Positions 26,664 through 37,478 of a stretch of DNA of 64,000 nucleotides are shown one piece after another. The position numbers and the translations under genes are program-made. Positions within the stretch are counted from its first letter, which is position 1, and each line of letters starts with the position of its first letter. The notes beneath the pieces were generated by a model. The model searched no databases, had not been told where the DNA came from, and saw only the letters and a list, made by a program, of their open reading frames with translations. The stretch is from an uncultured Ilumatobacteraceae bacterium (GTDB taxonomy: Bacteria; Actinomycetota; Acidimicrobiia; Acidimicrobiales; Ilumatobacteraceae): positions 125,651-189,650 of the forward strand of contig CAZKVJ010000005.1 in NCBI GenBank assembly GCA_964556225.1. The letters run 5' to 3'.

Positions 26664-26743
26664 TCGCTCGCTCGTTCTGGGCACATCGCGCCGACCGCCC
26701 GGCTCAACCACCAGGTCGGACGTCGGGCCCGCGTGCCCAGAAC
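26664..26743 (-). terminator. Long imperfect hairpin (11-bp outer stem GTTCTGGGCAC / GTGCCCAGAAC, inner CCGACC/GGTCGG)
   Basis: Read directly. It sits just downstream of the alpha-galactosidase stop (minus strand) and upstream of gatC. There is no U-tract. Confidence 0.3.
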
Positions 26744-26769
26744 GGATGCACACCGCCGCGGCGCGCCCC

Positions 26770-28914
26770 TCACGGCGACTCGACGGCTTGCAGGTGGATC
26801 AGCGCGGCCGACTCGGGGAGCAGCGGCGGGGGGCGCACGCCGGCGGCGGCCAGCTGGCGGCCGGTGAGCACAACACCGTCGGCCATCCATGCCGGCTCCC
26901 CCCACGTGAGGCCGCCGAGCTCGCCCGGCAGGCGCAAGCGTGTCAGCCGATAGCTACGGTCGGCGTGGAGGCCGGGGAGGCGCAGCGGCCCGGGCACCAG
27001 CGGTCCCGACGTGGCCAGCTGCACGTACGCCACCACCGCCGCCGACCGGTCGGCCGCGTACACGCCGTGCGCCAGCGTGGCCGGGTCATCGAGGTCGAAG
27101 CGCACCACGTCGCCGCCGTGCAGCAGCGGGCGCAGCTCCTTGTGCAGCGCGATCGCGGCCGCCAGCACCTGGCGCTCGTGGTCGTCCATGGCGAGCAGGT
27201 CGGCCTCCACGCCGAGGTGCCCGAACAGCGCGGTGACCGCCCGGAACGCCATGCGGTGGCGGCGCCCGGTGGTGTGCGCGGTGCCCGGACCGATGTGGGC
27301 GCCCATCACCTCCGGCGGCACGAGCATCGACGTGCCTCGCTGGATGAGCTGGCGCTCCAAGGCGTCGTTGCAGTCGCTGGTCCACACCCGCACCGCCCGA
27401 CGCAGCACCTCGAGGTCGATGCGCCCCCCGCCGGAGGCGCAGCTCTCCAGCTCGACGCCGGGGTGACGGGCGGCCAGCTCGTCCATCAGCCGGTACACGG
27501 CCTGGGTCTGGCGGTGCGTGCCGGCCGCGCCGCTCGCGCCGCTGCCCTGCGCGTGGTCCCGGTTCATGTCCCACTTCACGAACGCGATGTCGTGATCGCG
27601 CAGCAGCGCGTCGAGCTGGGTGAGCACGTGGTCGAACGCCTCGGGCCGGCCCAGGTCGAGGACCAGCTGGTTGCGACCCAGCACCGCCTCGTAGCCCTGC
27701 GTCGCCAACGCCCACTCGGGGTGAGCCCGGTAGAGGTCGCTGTCGGGGTTCACCATCTCCGGCTCCACCCAGATCCCGAACTCCATCCCCAGGGCCCGCA
27801 CGTGGTCGATGAGAGGGGTGAGACCGTCGGGGTACACCTCGGCGTCCACCCACCAGTCGCCGAGCCCGGCTCGGTCGTCACGGCGGCCGTGGAACCAGCC
27901 GTCGTCGAGCACGAAGCGCTCGGCACCGACCTCGGCAGCGGCGGCGGCCAACCGGAACAGCCGGTCGAGGTCGTGGTCGAAGTACTGCGCCTCCCATGTG
28001 TTGACGAGCACCGGGCGGGGACGGTCCGGACCCGGGTGGTGCGGGCGAGCGCGCTGGAAGCGGTGGAAGCGCCAGCTTGCCGGCGTCAGACCGTCCGCGG
28101 AGTGCACGGCGATCACCTGTGGGGTGCGGTACGACTCGCCCGGCGCGAGGACCACCTCGCCGGGGTGCAGGAGCTCGCCGAGCTGCAGGCACCGCCGCCC
28201 GTCGGCCAGGCGCTCGGCGGCGACCGAGTGGTTCCCGCTCCAGGCGAGGTGGGCGCCCCACACCTCGCCGCTCCACTCCCCGAAGCCGGTGGTCCCGGCC
28301 CAGACCAGCGGCAGGTGATCATGGGATGTCCGGCCCCTGCGGTTCTCGGCCACCCAGTTGCCGTCGGCCCACGCCCGGCGCTGTGGCTGCGCCTCGCGAC
28401 ACCAGCGGCCGGTGAAGGTCACCAGCTCGGCAGCGTGCGACGTCAGCGGGAGCGTGACGTCGAGGCGCTCGAGGAGATAGCGGGTGCTGCCTCGGTTCTC
28501 GAGGGTCAGCGCGACCACGAGCGCCTCCGACGACGGGTCGAGTGCGACCTCCGACACCAGCGAGAGCCCGGCCGCCTCGTCGAGCGACCGAGCGACCAGC
28601 CGGGTGCCCTCGACCTCGTGACCGGCCGGCACGAATCGGGGCGCCCACGCCACCCCACCCGGACGGTGGCCGGCGAGGCCGGGACGACCCGGGTAGCCGG
28701 CACCGTGCTCGGGCACCAGTGACAGCGGGGCGTCGCGGTCGAGCCCGGCGAAGCCCACGGGTCGGTCGAGGGATCGAGCCAGCGCGTCGAGATCGACGCC
28801 CGCGCCGAGGCTGGCGCCCCAGTGGAGGATCGCCGGCACGCCGGTGCCGCAGTCGAGGATCACGCTCGTGGTCGCGGTCGCGAGGTGGACCAGGTCCGCA
28901 CGGTCGGGGAGCAC
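26770..28914 (-). CDS. Alpha-galactosidase (GH36)
   Basis: FVLDDGWF, FGIWVEPEMVNPDS, VKWDMNRD and CASGGGRID are canonical GH36 motifs. GTG start. Confidence 0.92.
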   Translation of the reverse strand: MLPDRADLVHLATATTSVILDCGTGVPAILHWGASLGAGVDLDALARSLDRPVGFAGLDRDAPLSLVPEHGAGYPGRPGLAGHRPGGVAWAPRFVPAGHEVEGTRLVARSLDEAAGLSLVSEVALDPSSEALVVALTLENRGSTRYLLERLDVTLPLTSHAAELVTFTGRWCREAQPQRRAWADGNWVAENRRGRTSHDHLPLVWAGTTGFGEWSGEVWGAHLAWSGNHSVAAERLADGRRCLQLGELLHPGEVVLAPGESYRTPQVIAVHSADGLTPASWRFHRFQRARPHHPGPDRPRPVLVNTWEAQYFDHDLDRLFRLAAAAAEVGAERFVLDDGWFHGRRDDRAGLGDWWVDAEVYPDGLTPLIDHVRALGMEFGIWVEPEMVNPDSDLYRAHPEWALATQGYEAVLGRNQLVLDLGRPEAFDHVLTQLDALLRDHDIAFVKWDMNRDHAQGSGASGAAGTHRQTQAVYRLMDELAARHPGVELESCASGGGRIDLEVLRRAVRVWTSDCNDALERQLIQRGTSMLVPPEVMGAHIGPGTAHTTGRRHRMAFRAVTALFGHLGVEADLLAMDDHERQVLAAAIALHKELRPLLHGGDVVRFDLDDPATLAHGVYAADRSAAVVAYVQLATSGPLVPGPLRLPGLHADRSYRLTRLRLPGELGGLTWGEPAWMADGVVLTGRQLAAAGVRPPPLLPESAALIHLQAVESP

Positions 28915-28928
28915 CGGCCCACGTTACG

Positions 28929-29769
<841 letters not shown>

Positions 29770-29780
<11 letters not shown>

Positions 29781-30660
29781 CGGGCTCGTCCCCGCCGACC
29801 GCCTCGGCCGGCTCCTCGGCCGGCTCGTCGGGCGCCGGCTGCAGGGCGGGCGGCAGCGGGGCGGTCTGGCCGCGGTGGCGGGCCCAGTCGATGACCAAGA
29901 ACGCGAGCGACCCGACGATCAGCACGAGGGCCATCCACTGGTTGAGCCGCAGCCCGCCGCCCTCCTTGGCCGGGTCGATGCGCAACCCCTCGATCCAGAA
30001 GCGCCCGAGCCCGTAGCCCAGCGTGTAGAAGGCCAGCAGGCGGCCCGGCCACAGCCGGAACCGGCGGTCGATCCACAGCAGCACGAACATCAGTGCCAGG
30101 TTCCAGAGCGACTCGTAGAGGAAGGTGGGGTGGAACGTGGTGCCGGCCGGATAGCCGGCCGCGATCGCCTTGTCGTCGGACACCTCCAGCGCCCACGGCA
30201 GGTCCGTGGGGCGCCCGAACAGCTCCTGGTTCCACCAGTTGCCGATGCGCCCGATCGCCTGTGCCAGCGCCAGCGCCGGGGCCACGCAGTTGAGCCCCCA
30301 GCCGAGCGGGATGTGGCGGTGCCGCCCGGCCAGCAGACCGACGACCACCCCGAGGAAGATGCCGCCGGGGATGCCGAGACCGCCCTCCCAGATGCGAACG
30401 ATCTTGCCCGGGTCGTCCTCGAACAGCTGCCAGTCCGTGATCACGTGGTACAGGCGCGCCCCGATGACGCCCGCCGGCACGGCCCACAGCGCGATGTAGC
30501 TGACGTCGTCGCGGGTGCCGATGCCCTTCTCCTCGAAGCGCCGCCCCGCCAGCCACACCGCGGCGATCACCCCGATCGCGATCATCAGCCCGTACGCGTT
30601 GAGCTGCAGCGGGCCGATCTCGAGCGTGCCCGACGACGGGCTCGGGATGGTCGCGAGCAT
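29770..30660 (-). CDS. lgt: Prolipoprotein diacylglyceryl transferase
   Basis: GPLQLNAYGLMIAIG, GGLGIPGG, GRIGNWWNQELFG and HPTFLYESLWN are Lgt signatures. Confidence 0.93.
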
Positions 30661-30703
30661 GGCGGTGTTCTATCGCGCCAGGGCGCGCATCGCCCGGCAC
30701 GGA

Positions 30704-30719
30704 TTGACCCGCCGGTCAA
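30704..30719. promoter_or_regulatory. Inverted repeat TTGACC-CGCC-GGTCAA (candidate TetR operator)
   Basis: Read directly. It lies 21 nt upstream of the TetR gene start, in the divergent lgt/TetR gap. Confidence 0.45.
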
Positions 30720-30739
30720 GGGCTGGTTGACTCCCGGCC

Positions 30740-31354
30740 ATGGCAGGGGCCACGCGCTTGACGGAGCAGGGCCGCGAGCGCAAGCAGCAGCTGCTCGACG
30801 CCGCGTCGGAGCTGTTCGCCAGCCGCGGCTACGAGTCGACCCGCATCGCCGACATCTGCGCCGCGGCGGGGGTGGCCAAGGGGCTCTTCTACTGGTACTT
30901 CGACACCAAGGACAGCCTCTTCGCCGAGCTGGTGCGCAGCATGCGCCTGGCGCTGCGCCGGGCCCAAGCCGCGGCCATGGACCCCCGGACCGACCCGGTG
31001 GCCCGCATCCGAGCCGGCTCCGAGGCCACCATGCGCTTCATGGCCGAGCATCGCGCCTACTACGCGCTCTTGGACCACGAGCGTGTCGGCACCCACGACC
31101 CTGCGGTGGCCGACACCTTGAGCGAGGGCGCCGAGGTCTATGCCAGCGACGTCGAGCGGTTGGTGCGCGAGGGTCAGGCGCTCGGGCTGATCCCCGACGC
31201 CGATCCGCGCCTCATCGCCGCCGGTGTGGTGGGAACGGTGTCGAGCTTCGGACACGCGATGCGCTCCGGACGGCTCACCCAGGATCCCGACGAGCTCGCC
31301 GCCTTCGTGGGCGAGTGGGTCGAGCGGGCCGTCGCGGGGACCCGGCCCGGCTGA
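30740..31354 (+). CDS. TetR/AcrR family transcriptional regulator
   Basis: N-terminal HTH LLDAASELFASRGYESTRIADICAAAGVAKGLFYWYF. Confidence 0.9.
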   Translation: MAGATRLTEQGRERKQQLLDAASELFASRGYESTRIADICAAAGVAKGLFYWYFDTKDSLFAELVRSMRLALRRAQAAAMDPRTDPVARIRAGSEATMRFMAEHRAYYALLDHERVGTHDPAVADTLSEGAEVYASDVERLVREGQALGLIPDADPRLIAAGVVGTVSSFGHAMRSGRLTQDPDELAAFVGEWVERAVAGTRPG

Positions 31355-31359
31355 CCAGC

Positions 31360-33130
31360 TCAGGCCTCGTCGGCCACGCTCACCCCGGCGACGGGGGTCG
31401 GGTCCTCGTGACGGAGCCACGACTCGAACGCCGCCACCACCCCGGGGTCGAACTTGGTGCCGGCCTGGGCGACGATGTAGCGAGCCGCTTCCTCGTGCGA
31501 CCACGGTCCCCGGTGCGTGCGACGGGAGACCAGCGCGTCGTAGACGTCGGCCACGGCGACGATGCGAGCCGACAGCGGGATGTCGGTACCGGCGAGCCCG
31601 GCCGGATAGCCCGAGCCGTCCCAGCGCTCGTGGTGCGCGACGGCCACCTCGGCGGCGAGCTGCACCAACGGCAACGTGCTGCCCCCCAGGATCTGGGCGC
31701 CGATCTCGGTGTGGCGCTGCACCTCGCGGCGGTCGTCGGGGGTGAGCGGCCCGGGGTTGTGGAGGATCCGCTCGGAGATCCCCAGCTTGCCGATGTCGTG
31801 CAGGCGTGCCGCCCGTCGCAGCTGCTCGGCCCACAGCGGCGACTGCGCCAGGCGCAGGGCCAGGTCGGCGGCCAGGTCGCCCACGCGGCAGTGGTGGGCG
31901 AGCTCGTTCGGCGCGTCGCCCTCGGCGAGCGCGGCCAGGCGCTCCAGCGCGGCGAGCTGGAAGGTCTCGATCGACGAGGTGCGCCCCTGCACCAGCTCCT
32001 CGAGCTCGGTGGTGCGCAGGCGCAGGATCTCCGCCTGCTGGCGGGCCTGTTCGGTGTCGTGCGCGATCTGGAGGGTCCGGATCCGAAGGTCCGTGCCCTC
32101 GTTGAACAGCGCCAGGTTGACCTCGAAGCGCGCCTCTTGGTGGGCCAGCGCCTCCTCGAAGCGGCCCAGCGTCTTGAGCGTGTTGGCCAGCTCGGTGTGC
32201 ACCTCGAGCTCGGTGGACTTCGAACCAGCCAGCTTCGAGTCCGAGCCAGCCGCTCGGGCCATCTCCAGCGCCTGCTCGAGATGCTCGAGCGCCCGCTCGC
32301 CGTCGCCGCCGGCGGTGGCACAGCGTCCCAGGTTCAGCTGGATCTCGGCTCGCGCCAGCGGGTTGGCCTCGCCGCCGTCTGCCTCACTGCGGTCGAGGGC
32401 GTCGATGGCCTGGACCAAGAGGTCCTCCGCGCCGCGCACGTCGCCGAGGCCGAGGAACACCTTCCCGAGGATGTTCAGAACGTCGGGCACGAAGGCCGGG
32501 GCGTGGGTACGGGACAGCTCGAGCGCTTGCTCGCCCAGGCTCGCCGCCAGCAGATACTCCCGTCGCTCGGCGCGGATCATCGCCATGTTGGCCAGAGTGA
32601 GCGCATCGAAGTCCGGGCGCTCGAGCACGCGGTTCGCCGCCAGCGCCGCCTCGTAGGTGACCACCGCCCGGTCGGTGTCGCCGAGCGCCTGGTAGATGGA
32701 GGCGACGGCGTTCAGCAGGTTGCCCTCGTCGACCCGATGGTCCGTAGCCCGGTAGCGGTCGACGGCATCGAGGCAGCACGACAGGGCTTCGCTGTAGTTC
32801 CCGGCGCCGAACTGCACGATCCCCATGAGGTTCAGCGCCCACGCGAGGACCACGTTGGCGCCGGCTTCCATGGCCAGGTCACGGGCTTCGACGGCGAGGG
32901 CGAAGGCCTCGTCGGCCTTCCCGGCGTAGTACTGCAGCGACGCCAGCCGGTAGAGGGCCTCGGCCTCGCCGGCACGGTCGCCGTGAGCGTGGGCGAGCGA
33001 GCGGGCCTGCTGCACGAGCACCAGCGCGGCCGCCGGATCGGTCTGTTCGTGGTGGCGCGCCCGAGCCAGCAGGTCGCGCACCTCGTGCGATCCCTGCCCG
33101 GGAGTGGTGACGACGCCGTGTCCCGCCAAC
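31360..33130 (-). CDS. TPR-repeat protein with C-terminal HD-GYP domain (putative c-di-GMP phosphodiesterase/signalling protein)
   Basis: Repeated TPR-like helices are followed by HDIGKLGI and HHERWDGSGYPAGL. I prefer the TTG start at 33130, preceded by GGGAGGAGG. The track ORF extends to 33465. Confidence 0.8.
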
Positions 33131-33268
33131 GTTGCCTCCTCCCACGTTCTCGGCGGACACCGAGAACCGTACGAGACGACGCAGTGTAGCGCAGTGACCG
33201 CTATCTGTGGCAAGTCCTCCACTCCGGGCGGTCGTCGGTCGCGCGCCTCGTATCGTGGCGAACGACCC

Positions 33269-34177
33269 ATGCCTCGTTCCTTTTCGTCCTCGCAAGCGTC
33301 GTCGCGGCGAGAGATCGATGCCTCGGCGCTGACTGCCTTCGCACCGCTGCTCGCCCTGGCCCCGCTGTGGGTGCTCGCGGTCGCGCTGATCTGGTGGCCG
33401 CTGCAGCTCGTGTGGGCGGTGCCCTTCGTGTGGTTCGCCGCCGGGCTCCTCGCGGCGGGAGTCATCCTGTTCTGGCGTCCCGCCCAGCGCCTGGTGCTGA
33501 CCCGCCTGCTCGGGGCACGAACGCCTCACCCGGCCGAGCGCGGCCGTCTGGTGCCGGCATGGAAGGCGGTCGCGCAGGCGAACCACCTGCCACCGGAGCG
33601 GTACGTGCTCGCCGTCATCGACGACGACGAGGTGAACGCCTTCGCCTGCGGCGGCCACCTGGTGGTCGTCAGCTCCTACGCCGTGGCCGCGCTCGCTCCC
33701 GACGAGCTGCGCGGGGTGCTCGCCCACGAGCTGAGCCACCACCTGGGCTCACACACCGTCGCCCTGACGATCGCCCAGTGGCTCAGCCTTCCGATCCTCG
33801 TGCTGGCACGGATCGGCTTCTTCCTGCAAAACGTCGCCCAGGCGGCGTCGGAGACCTTCGCCCGCAACTCGGCCAGCCTCGAGGCGCTCGGCCGGGTCGT
33901 GGCGCTCCTGCTCAACACCGTGGCATGGGTCTTCCTCGCCGGTCTGCTGGCGGCGAACGCCATCGGCAACGTCGTCGGCCGATCCGCCGAGTTCCAGGCC
34001 GACCGCCGCGCGGTCGAGATGGGGTACGGACCCGAGCTGGCTCGTGCCCTCCGGCGGGTCCTGGCCAGCGGTGCCGGCGGCCGGCCACGGTCGACCTCGG
34101 AGCGGCTCTTCGCGTCGCACCCTCCGGCCCGCACTCGGGTCGCTCGGATCGAGGCGCTGCTGCGCGCCCGGCGATGA
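33269..34177 (+). CDS. M48 family (HtpX-like) membrane metalloprotease
   Basis: HELSHH (HExxH), TM segments before and after it, and C-terminal HPPARTRV. ATG at 33269. Confidence 0.85.
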   Translation: MPRSFSSSQASSRREIDASALTAFAPLLALAPLWVLAVALIWWPLQLVWAVPFVWFAAGLLAAGVILFWRPAQRLVLTRLLGARTPHPAERGRLVPAWKAVAQANHLPPERYVLAVIDDDEVNAFACGGHLVVVSSYAVAALAPDELRGVLAHELSHHLGSHTVALTIAQWLSLPILVLARIGFFLQNVAQAASETFARNSASLEALGRVVALLLNTVAWVFLAGLLAANAIGNVVGRSAEFQADRRAVEMGYGPELARALRRVLASGAGGRPRSTSERLFASHPPARTRVARIEALLRARR

Positions 34178-34188
34178 GCGGGCGGTCC

Positions 34189-34689
34189 TCAGGCCTCGGC
34201 CGCGAGCCGGTCGAGCTCGGCTTCGACCTCGGCCCGGCTCACCTCGCCCAGCTCCCACCACCCGATGGTGCCGTCGGGCATCACGATCAGCGTCGCCGGC
34301 AGGACCGGCACCTTCACGGCCGAGGTGAGCATCCCCTCGGGGTCGCGGTACATCGGGAAGGTCACGCCGATCTCGTCGAGGAAGTCGAGCGCAGCCTCGG
34401 GGTCGTCGCCGTTGTTCACGCCGACGACGGCGACCTCACCACCTCGGGCCTCGCTCAGCGCCTGCAGCCCCGGCAGCTCCTCGCGGCAGGGCTTGCACGA
34501 CACCGACCACACCGACACCACGGTCGGCACCTCACCGACGATCGACGACGTGTCGACCGTGCTCCCGTCGGCGAGACGCTCGATCTCGACCGACGGCCAG
34601 GGGTCGCGCCCGGAGGATGACGAGCCGTCGTCGTCGCCGCACCCGGCGACCGCGACCAGGGTGAGCGCTGCGATCAGCAGCCGGCGCAT
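34189..34689 (-). CDS. TlpA/ResA-like thiol-disulfide oxidoreductase lipoprotein
   Basis: Lipobox LVAVAGC and thioredoxin motif WSVSCKPCREELP. Confidence 0.85.
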   Translation of the reverse strand: MRRLLIAALTLVAVAGCGDDDGSSSSGRDPWPSVEIERLADGSTVDTSSIVGEVPTVVSVWSVSCKPCREELPGLQALSEARGGEVAVVGVNNGDDPEAALDFLDEIGVTFPMYRDPEGMLTSAVKVPVLPATLIVMPDGTIGWWELGEVSRAEVEAELDRLAAEA

Positions 34690-35135
34690 CAGCTCACCTG
34701 GATCGTGACGGTGTCGTGGTCGCCGACCGTGCAGGCGCCCTGGTAGCGGCCCGGCTCGAAGAACGTCACGTCGGTCGTCTCGCCGGCGCGCACCACGATC
34801 GGGCCGAACTGATGGGTCGTCTCGTCCTGGTTCTCGACGACGATCGTGTCACCGACGACGAGGTCGAGGTACTCGGGGATCACGTCGTCGACGAGCTGGC
34901 CGGACTGCATGCGCTCGGCCGTCCCGGGCGGGATCACGTAGGTGATCGTCTGCGGCGCCCGGGTGGGCGTGCGGGGCGTGGAGGCCTCGTCGTCGGAGCT
35001 GGTCGCGATCGCCAGCGCGATCGCCGCGCCGATCACGGCGAGCGGAACGAGCACGATCACGGCGAGCACCCACCAGGTGCGCCCGCGCGCTTCGTCGCGC
35101 TGCTCGTCGAGGACCTCCACGCCCTGCTCGCTCAT
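34689..35135 (-). CDS. Membrane-anchored hypothetical protein, possibly cupredoxin-like
   Basis: One TM helix followed by a ~90-aa beta-rich domain with spaced His/Cys/His (THQFGP...GACTVGDH). It is translationally coupled to TlpA (shared A of TGATG). Confidence 0.5.
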   Translation of the reverse strand: MSEQGVEVLDEQRDEARGRTWWVLAVIVLVPLAVIGAAIALAIATSSDDEASTPRTPTRAPQTITYVIPPGTAERMQSGQLVDDVIPEYLDLVVGDTIVVENQDETTHQFGPIVVRAGETTDVTFFEPGRYQGACTVGDHDTVTIQVS

Positions 35136-35151
35136 GTCCGGGCGCTCACGG

Positions 35152-35700
35152 TCACGGTGCCATCTCCTGGACGGGCACGTCGAGGGTCGTGGTGGCGCCG
35201 CTCTCGAAGGTCAGCGTCACCTCGATGGTGGTGCCGGTCTCGAGGGGGGCGACGAGGTCGAGCAGCATGATGTGGTAGCCGCCCGGCTCGAGGGCGACGG
35301 CCTCTCCGGCGGGCAGGTCGATCTTGTCGACGGGCCGCATGGTCATCGCCATCGCGTCCACTGCGGAGTCGGCGGGCGTCCCCATGCCGGTGCCCTCGGT
35401 CATCACGACCGTCTCGTGGATCTCCACCGTACCGGCCACTTCGGCCGGCACGGACGCGCCGACGAGGGCATCGTCGACGGGAGACGTGATCACCATGTAC
35501 ACGGCACCTCGGTCGGTGGCCATGGGGCTCGTACGGGCCCACGCACCATCGACGGTGATCTCGCCGGCGGTCGCCTCTGAGCCGGCCGGCGCCTCGGTGG
35601 TGTCGCTGTCGTCGTCGTCACCACAGCCTGCCAGCAGCAGGCCGAGGCCGACGATGCCGGCCAGCAGGCCGGTGCGGAGGCGGTGGGGGGTGGGGGTCAT
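35152..35700 (-). CDS. Copper chaperone PCu(A)C lipoprotein
   Basis: Lipobox LLLAGC, a Met/His-rich Cu(I) motif (IHETVVMTEG...MAMTMRP) and GGYHIMLLDL. Confidence 0.85.
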   Translation of the reverse strand: MTPTPHRLRTGLLAGIVGLGLLLAGCGDDDDSDTTEAPAGSEATAGEITVDGAWARTSPMATDRGAVYMVITSPVDDALVGASVPAEVAGTVEIHETVVMTEGTGMGTPADSAVDAMAMTMRPVDKIDLPAGEAVALEPGGYHIMLLDLVAPLETGTTIEVTLTFESGATTTLDVPVQEMAP

Positions 35701-35712
35701 CCGAGTGCTCCT

Positions 35713-36333
35713 TCACTTCATCTCGTTGAAAAGGTACGCAAGATCGTCGGCCATCACCTCGGGGGTCACCCCGAACGGCCATTCCACGACGACCACGCCG
35801 CGGTCGTCGACGACGTAAGCGGCGGCGGTGTGCGACACCTCGACCGTGCCATCAGACAGCGTGCTGACCGTCGAGGAGGCCAGGAACGCCTCCTCCACCT
35901 CGACCAGCTGTTCGGAGTCCTCCGTGCGCAGTGCGTGGTAGCGGTCGGAGAACGACGACAGGTACAGGCTCAGGATCTCGCCGGTGTCTCGCTCGGGGTC
36001 GACGGTGACCATCGCCAGGTCGACCCGGTCCGCCTCGTCGGGGTCCAGGCGCGCCTTGGCCTGCTTCAGGGCGGTCATCGTGGTGGGGCACAAGTCCGGG
36101 CAGTTCGTGTAACCGAAGTAGACGACGAGCAGCTCTCCTGGCCGGGCCGCGAACGTGAACGGCGTCGGCTCCTCGCCCTGCGCCAAGTCCGTCTCCTCGG
36201 GGATGGACACCTCGGCCACCACGAGCGGATCGTCCCGCACGATGCCCTTCAGCCCGGTGGCGTCGTCGTCACCACCACCGCAGGCCACGGCGAGCAGACA
36301 CAAGAACGCTTCGGCCCACGCTGCTCGTCTCAT
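35713..36333 (-). CDS. SCO1/SenC family copper-binding lipoprotein
   Basis: YFGYTNCPDLCPTT (CxxxC) plus a downstream His. Lipobox LAVACGG. ATG at 36333 chosen. Confidence 0.88.
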   Translation of the reverse strand: MRRAAWAEAFLCLLAVACGGGDDDATGLKGIVRDDPLVVAEVSIPEETDLAQGEEPTPFTFAARPGELLVVYFGYTNCPDLCPTTMTALKQAKARLDPDEADRVDLAMVTVDPERDTGEILSLYLSSFSDRYHALRTEDSEQLVEVEEAFLASSTVSTLSDGTVEVSHTAAAYVVDDRGVVVVEWPFGVTPEVMADDLAYLFNEMK

Positions 36334-36434
36334 TGGGACAGTCTGGACGATCAGCCCTCGACGCGCGAGAGGACCTTCGTCCATGCCGCCGGGGGCCTTG
36401 GCCCCGGCGCGCTGCCGGTAGCGTCGCAGACGCC

Positions 36435-37478
36435 ATGACCAGCACCGGAGCCGATCCGTTCCTGTCCGCCTGCCGCGGTCTGCCCGCCCGCCACACGCCC
36501 GTGTGGTTCATGCGTCAGGCCGGGCGCAGCCTTCCCGAGTACCGAGCGGTGCGCGGCGAGGGCAGCATCCTTCGGGCGATCGAGCAACCGGAGCTGGCAG
36601 CCGAGATCACCCTCCAACCGGTGCGCCGCTACGGCGTGGACGCCGCAGTCCTCTACAGCGACATCGTGGTCCCCGCGTTCGCCGTCGGGTTCGGCATCGA
36701 CGTCGCGCCCGGCACCGGCCCCGTCGCCGGAACGCCGTTCCGCTCGGCCAGCGACCTGGCTCGCCTGCGCCCGCTGGAGCCGGACACCGATGTGCCGTAC
36801 GTGCTCGAGACGGTGCGCATCCTGGCCGGCGAGCTGTCGGTCCCCCTGCTGGCGTTCGCCGGCGCACCCTTCACCGTCGCCAGCTACCTCGTCGAGGGTC
36901 GGCCGTCGCGCACCTACGAGCACACCAAGGCGCTCATGCGCACCGATCCGACCACCTGGCACGACCTGCTCGAACGGCTCGTCCAGCACGCCGTAGCCTC
37001 GATCCGAGCCCAGCTCGACGCCGGAGCGGGCGCGTTCCAGCTGTTCGACTCGTGGGCCGGCGCGCTCTCCCGCCGTGACTACGACCGGTTCGTGTTCGAG
37101 CACTCCCGACGGGTCTTCACCGAGCTGACCGAGAGCCACCCCGAGGTTCCGGGCATCCACTTCGGGGTCGGCTGCGACCACCTCCTCGAGTCGATGCATG
37201 CCGCCGGCGCTCGGGTCATCGGTCTCGACTGGCGCACGTCGATCACCGCCGCCCGGTCCCGCCTCGGACCCGACACCATCGTGCAGGGCAACCTCGACCC
37301 GGCGCTGGTGCTCGCTGGCCCGCAGGTGGCACTGGCCGCCACCGACGACGTCCTCGACGACAACGGCGGGCACCCTGGTCACATCTTCAACCTCGGCCAC
37401 GGGGTGCAGGTGGGCACCGACCCCACCGTGCTCGAGGCGGTGGTGGAGCGCGTGCACACCCGGACGGCCCGGCCGTGA
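36435..37478 (+). CDS. hemE: Uroporphyrinogen decarboxylase
   Basis: TPVWFMRQAGRSLPEYR, LQPVRRYGVDAAVLYSDI and FDSWAG. Confidence 0.93.
   Translation: MTSTGADPFLSACRGLPARHTPVWFMRQAGRSLPEYRAVRGEGSILRAIEQPELAAEITLQPVRRYGVDAAVLYSDIVVPAFAVGFGIDVAPGTGPVAGTPFRSASDLARLRPLEPDTDVPYVLETVRILAGELSVPLLAFAGAPFTVASYLVEGRPSRTYEHTKALMRTDPTTWHDLLERLVQHAVASIRAQLDAGAGAFQLFDSWAGALSRRDYDRFVFEHSRRVFTELTESHPEVPGIHFGVGCDHLLESMHAAGARVIGLDWRTSITAARSRLGPDTIVQGNLDPALVLAGPQVALAATDDVLDDNGGHPGHIFNLGHGVQVGTDPTVLEAVVERVHTRTARP

Noticed and set aside
29875-33189. The longest ORF in the window (1104 aa, plus strand).
   Set aside because: It runs antisense to, or out of frame with, well-supported genes (lgt, TetR, TPR-HD-GYP). 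It has an Arg/Gly/Pro/Ala-dominated, motif-free composition typical of shadow ORFs in high-GC DNA.
31360-33465. N-terminal extension (about 110 aa) of the TPR-HD-GYP ORF.
   Set aside because: The extension is compositionally odd and would overlap the divergent M48 protease gene and its promoter region. A TTG at 33130 with a strong GGGAGGAGG SD fits better.
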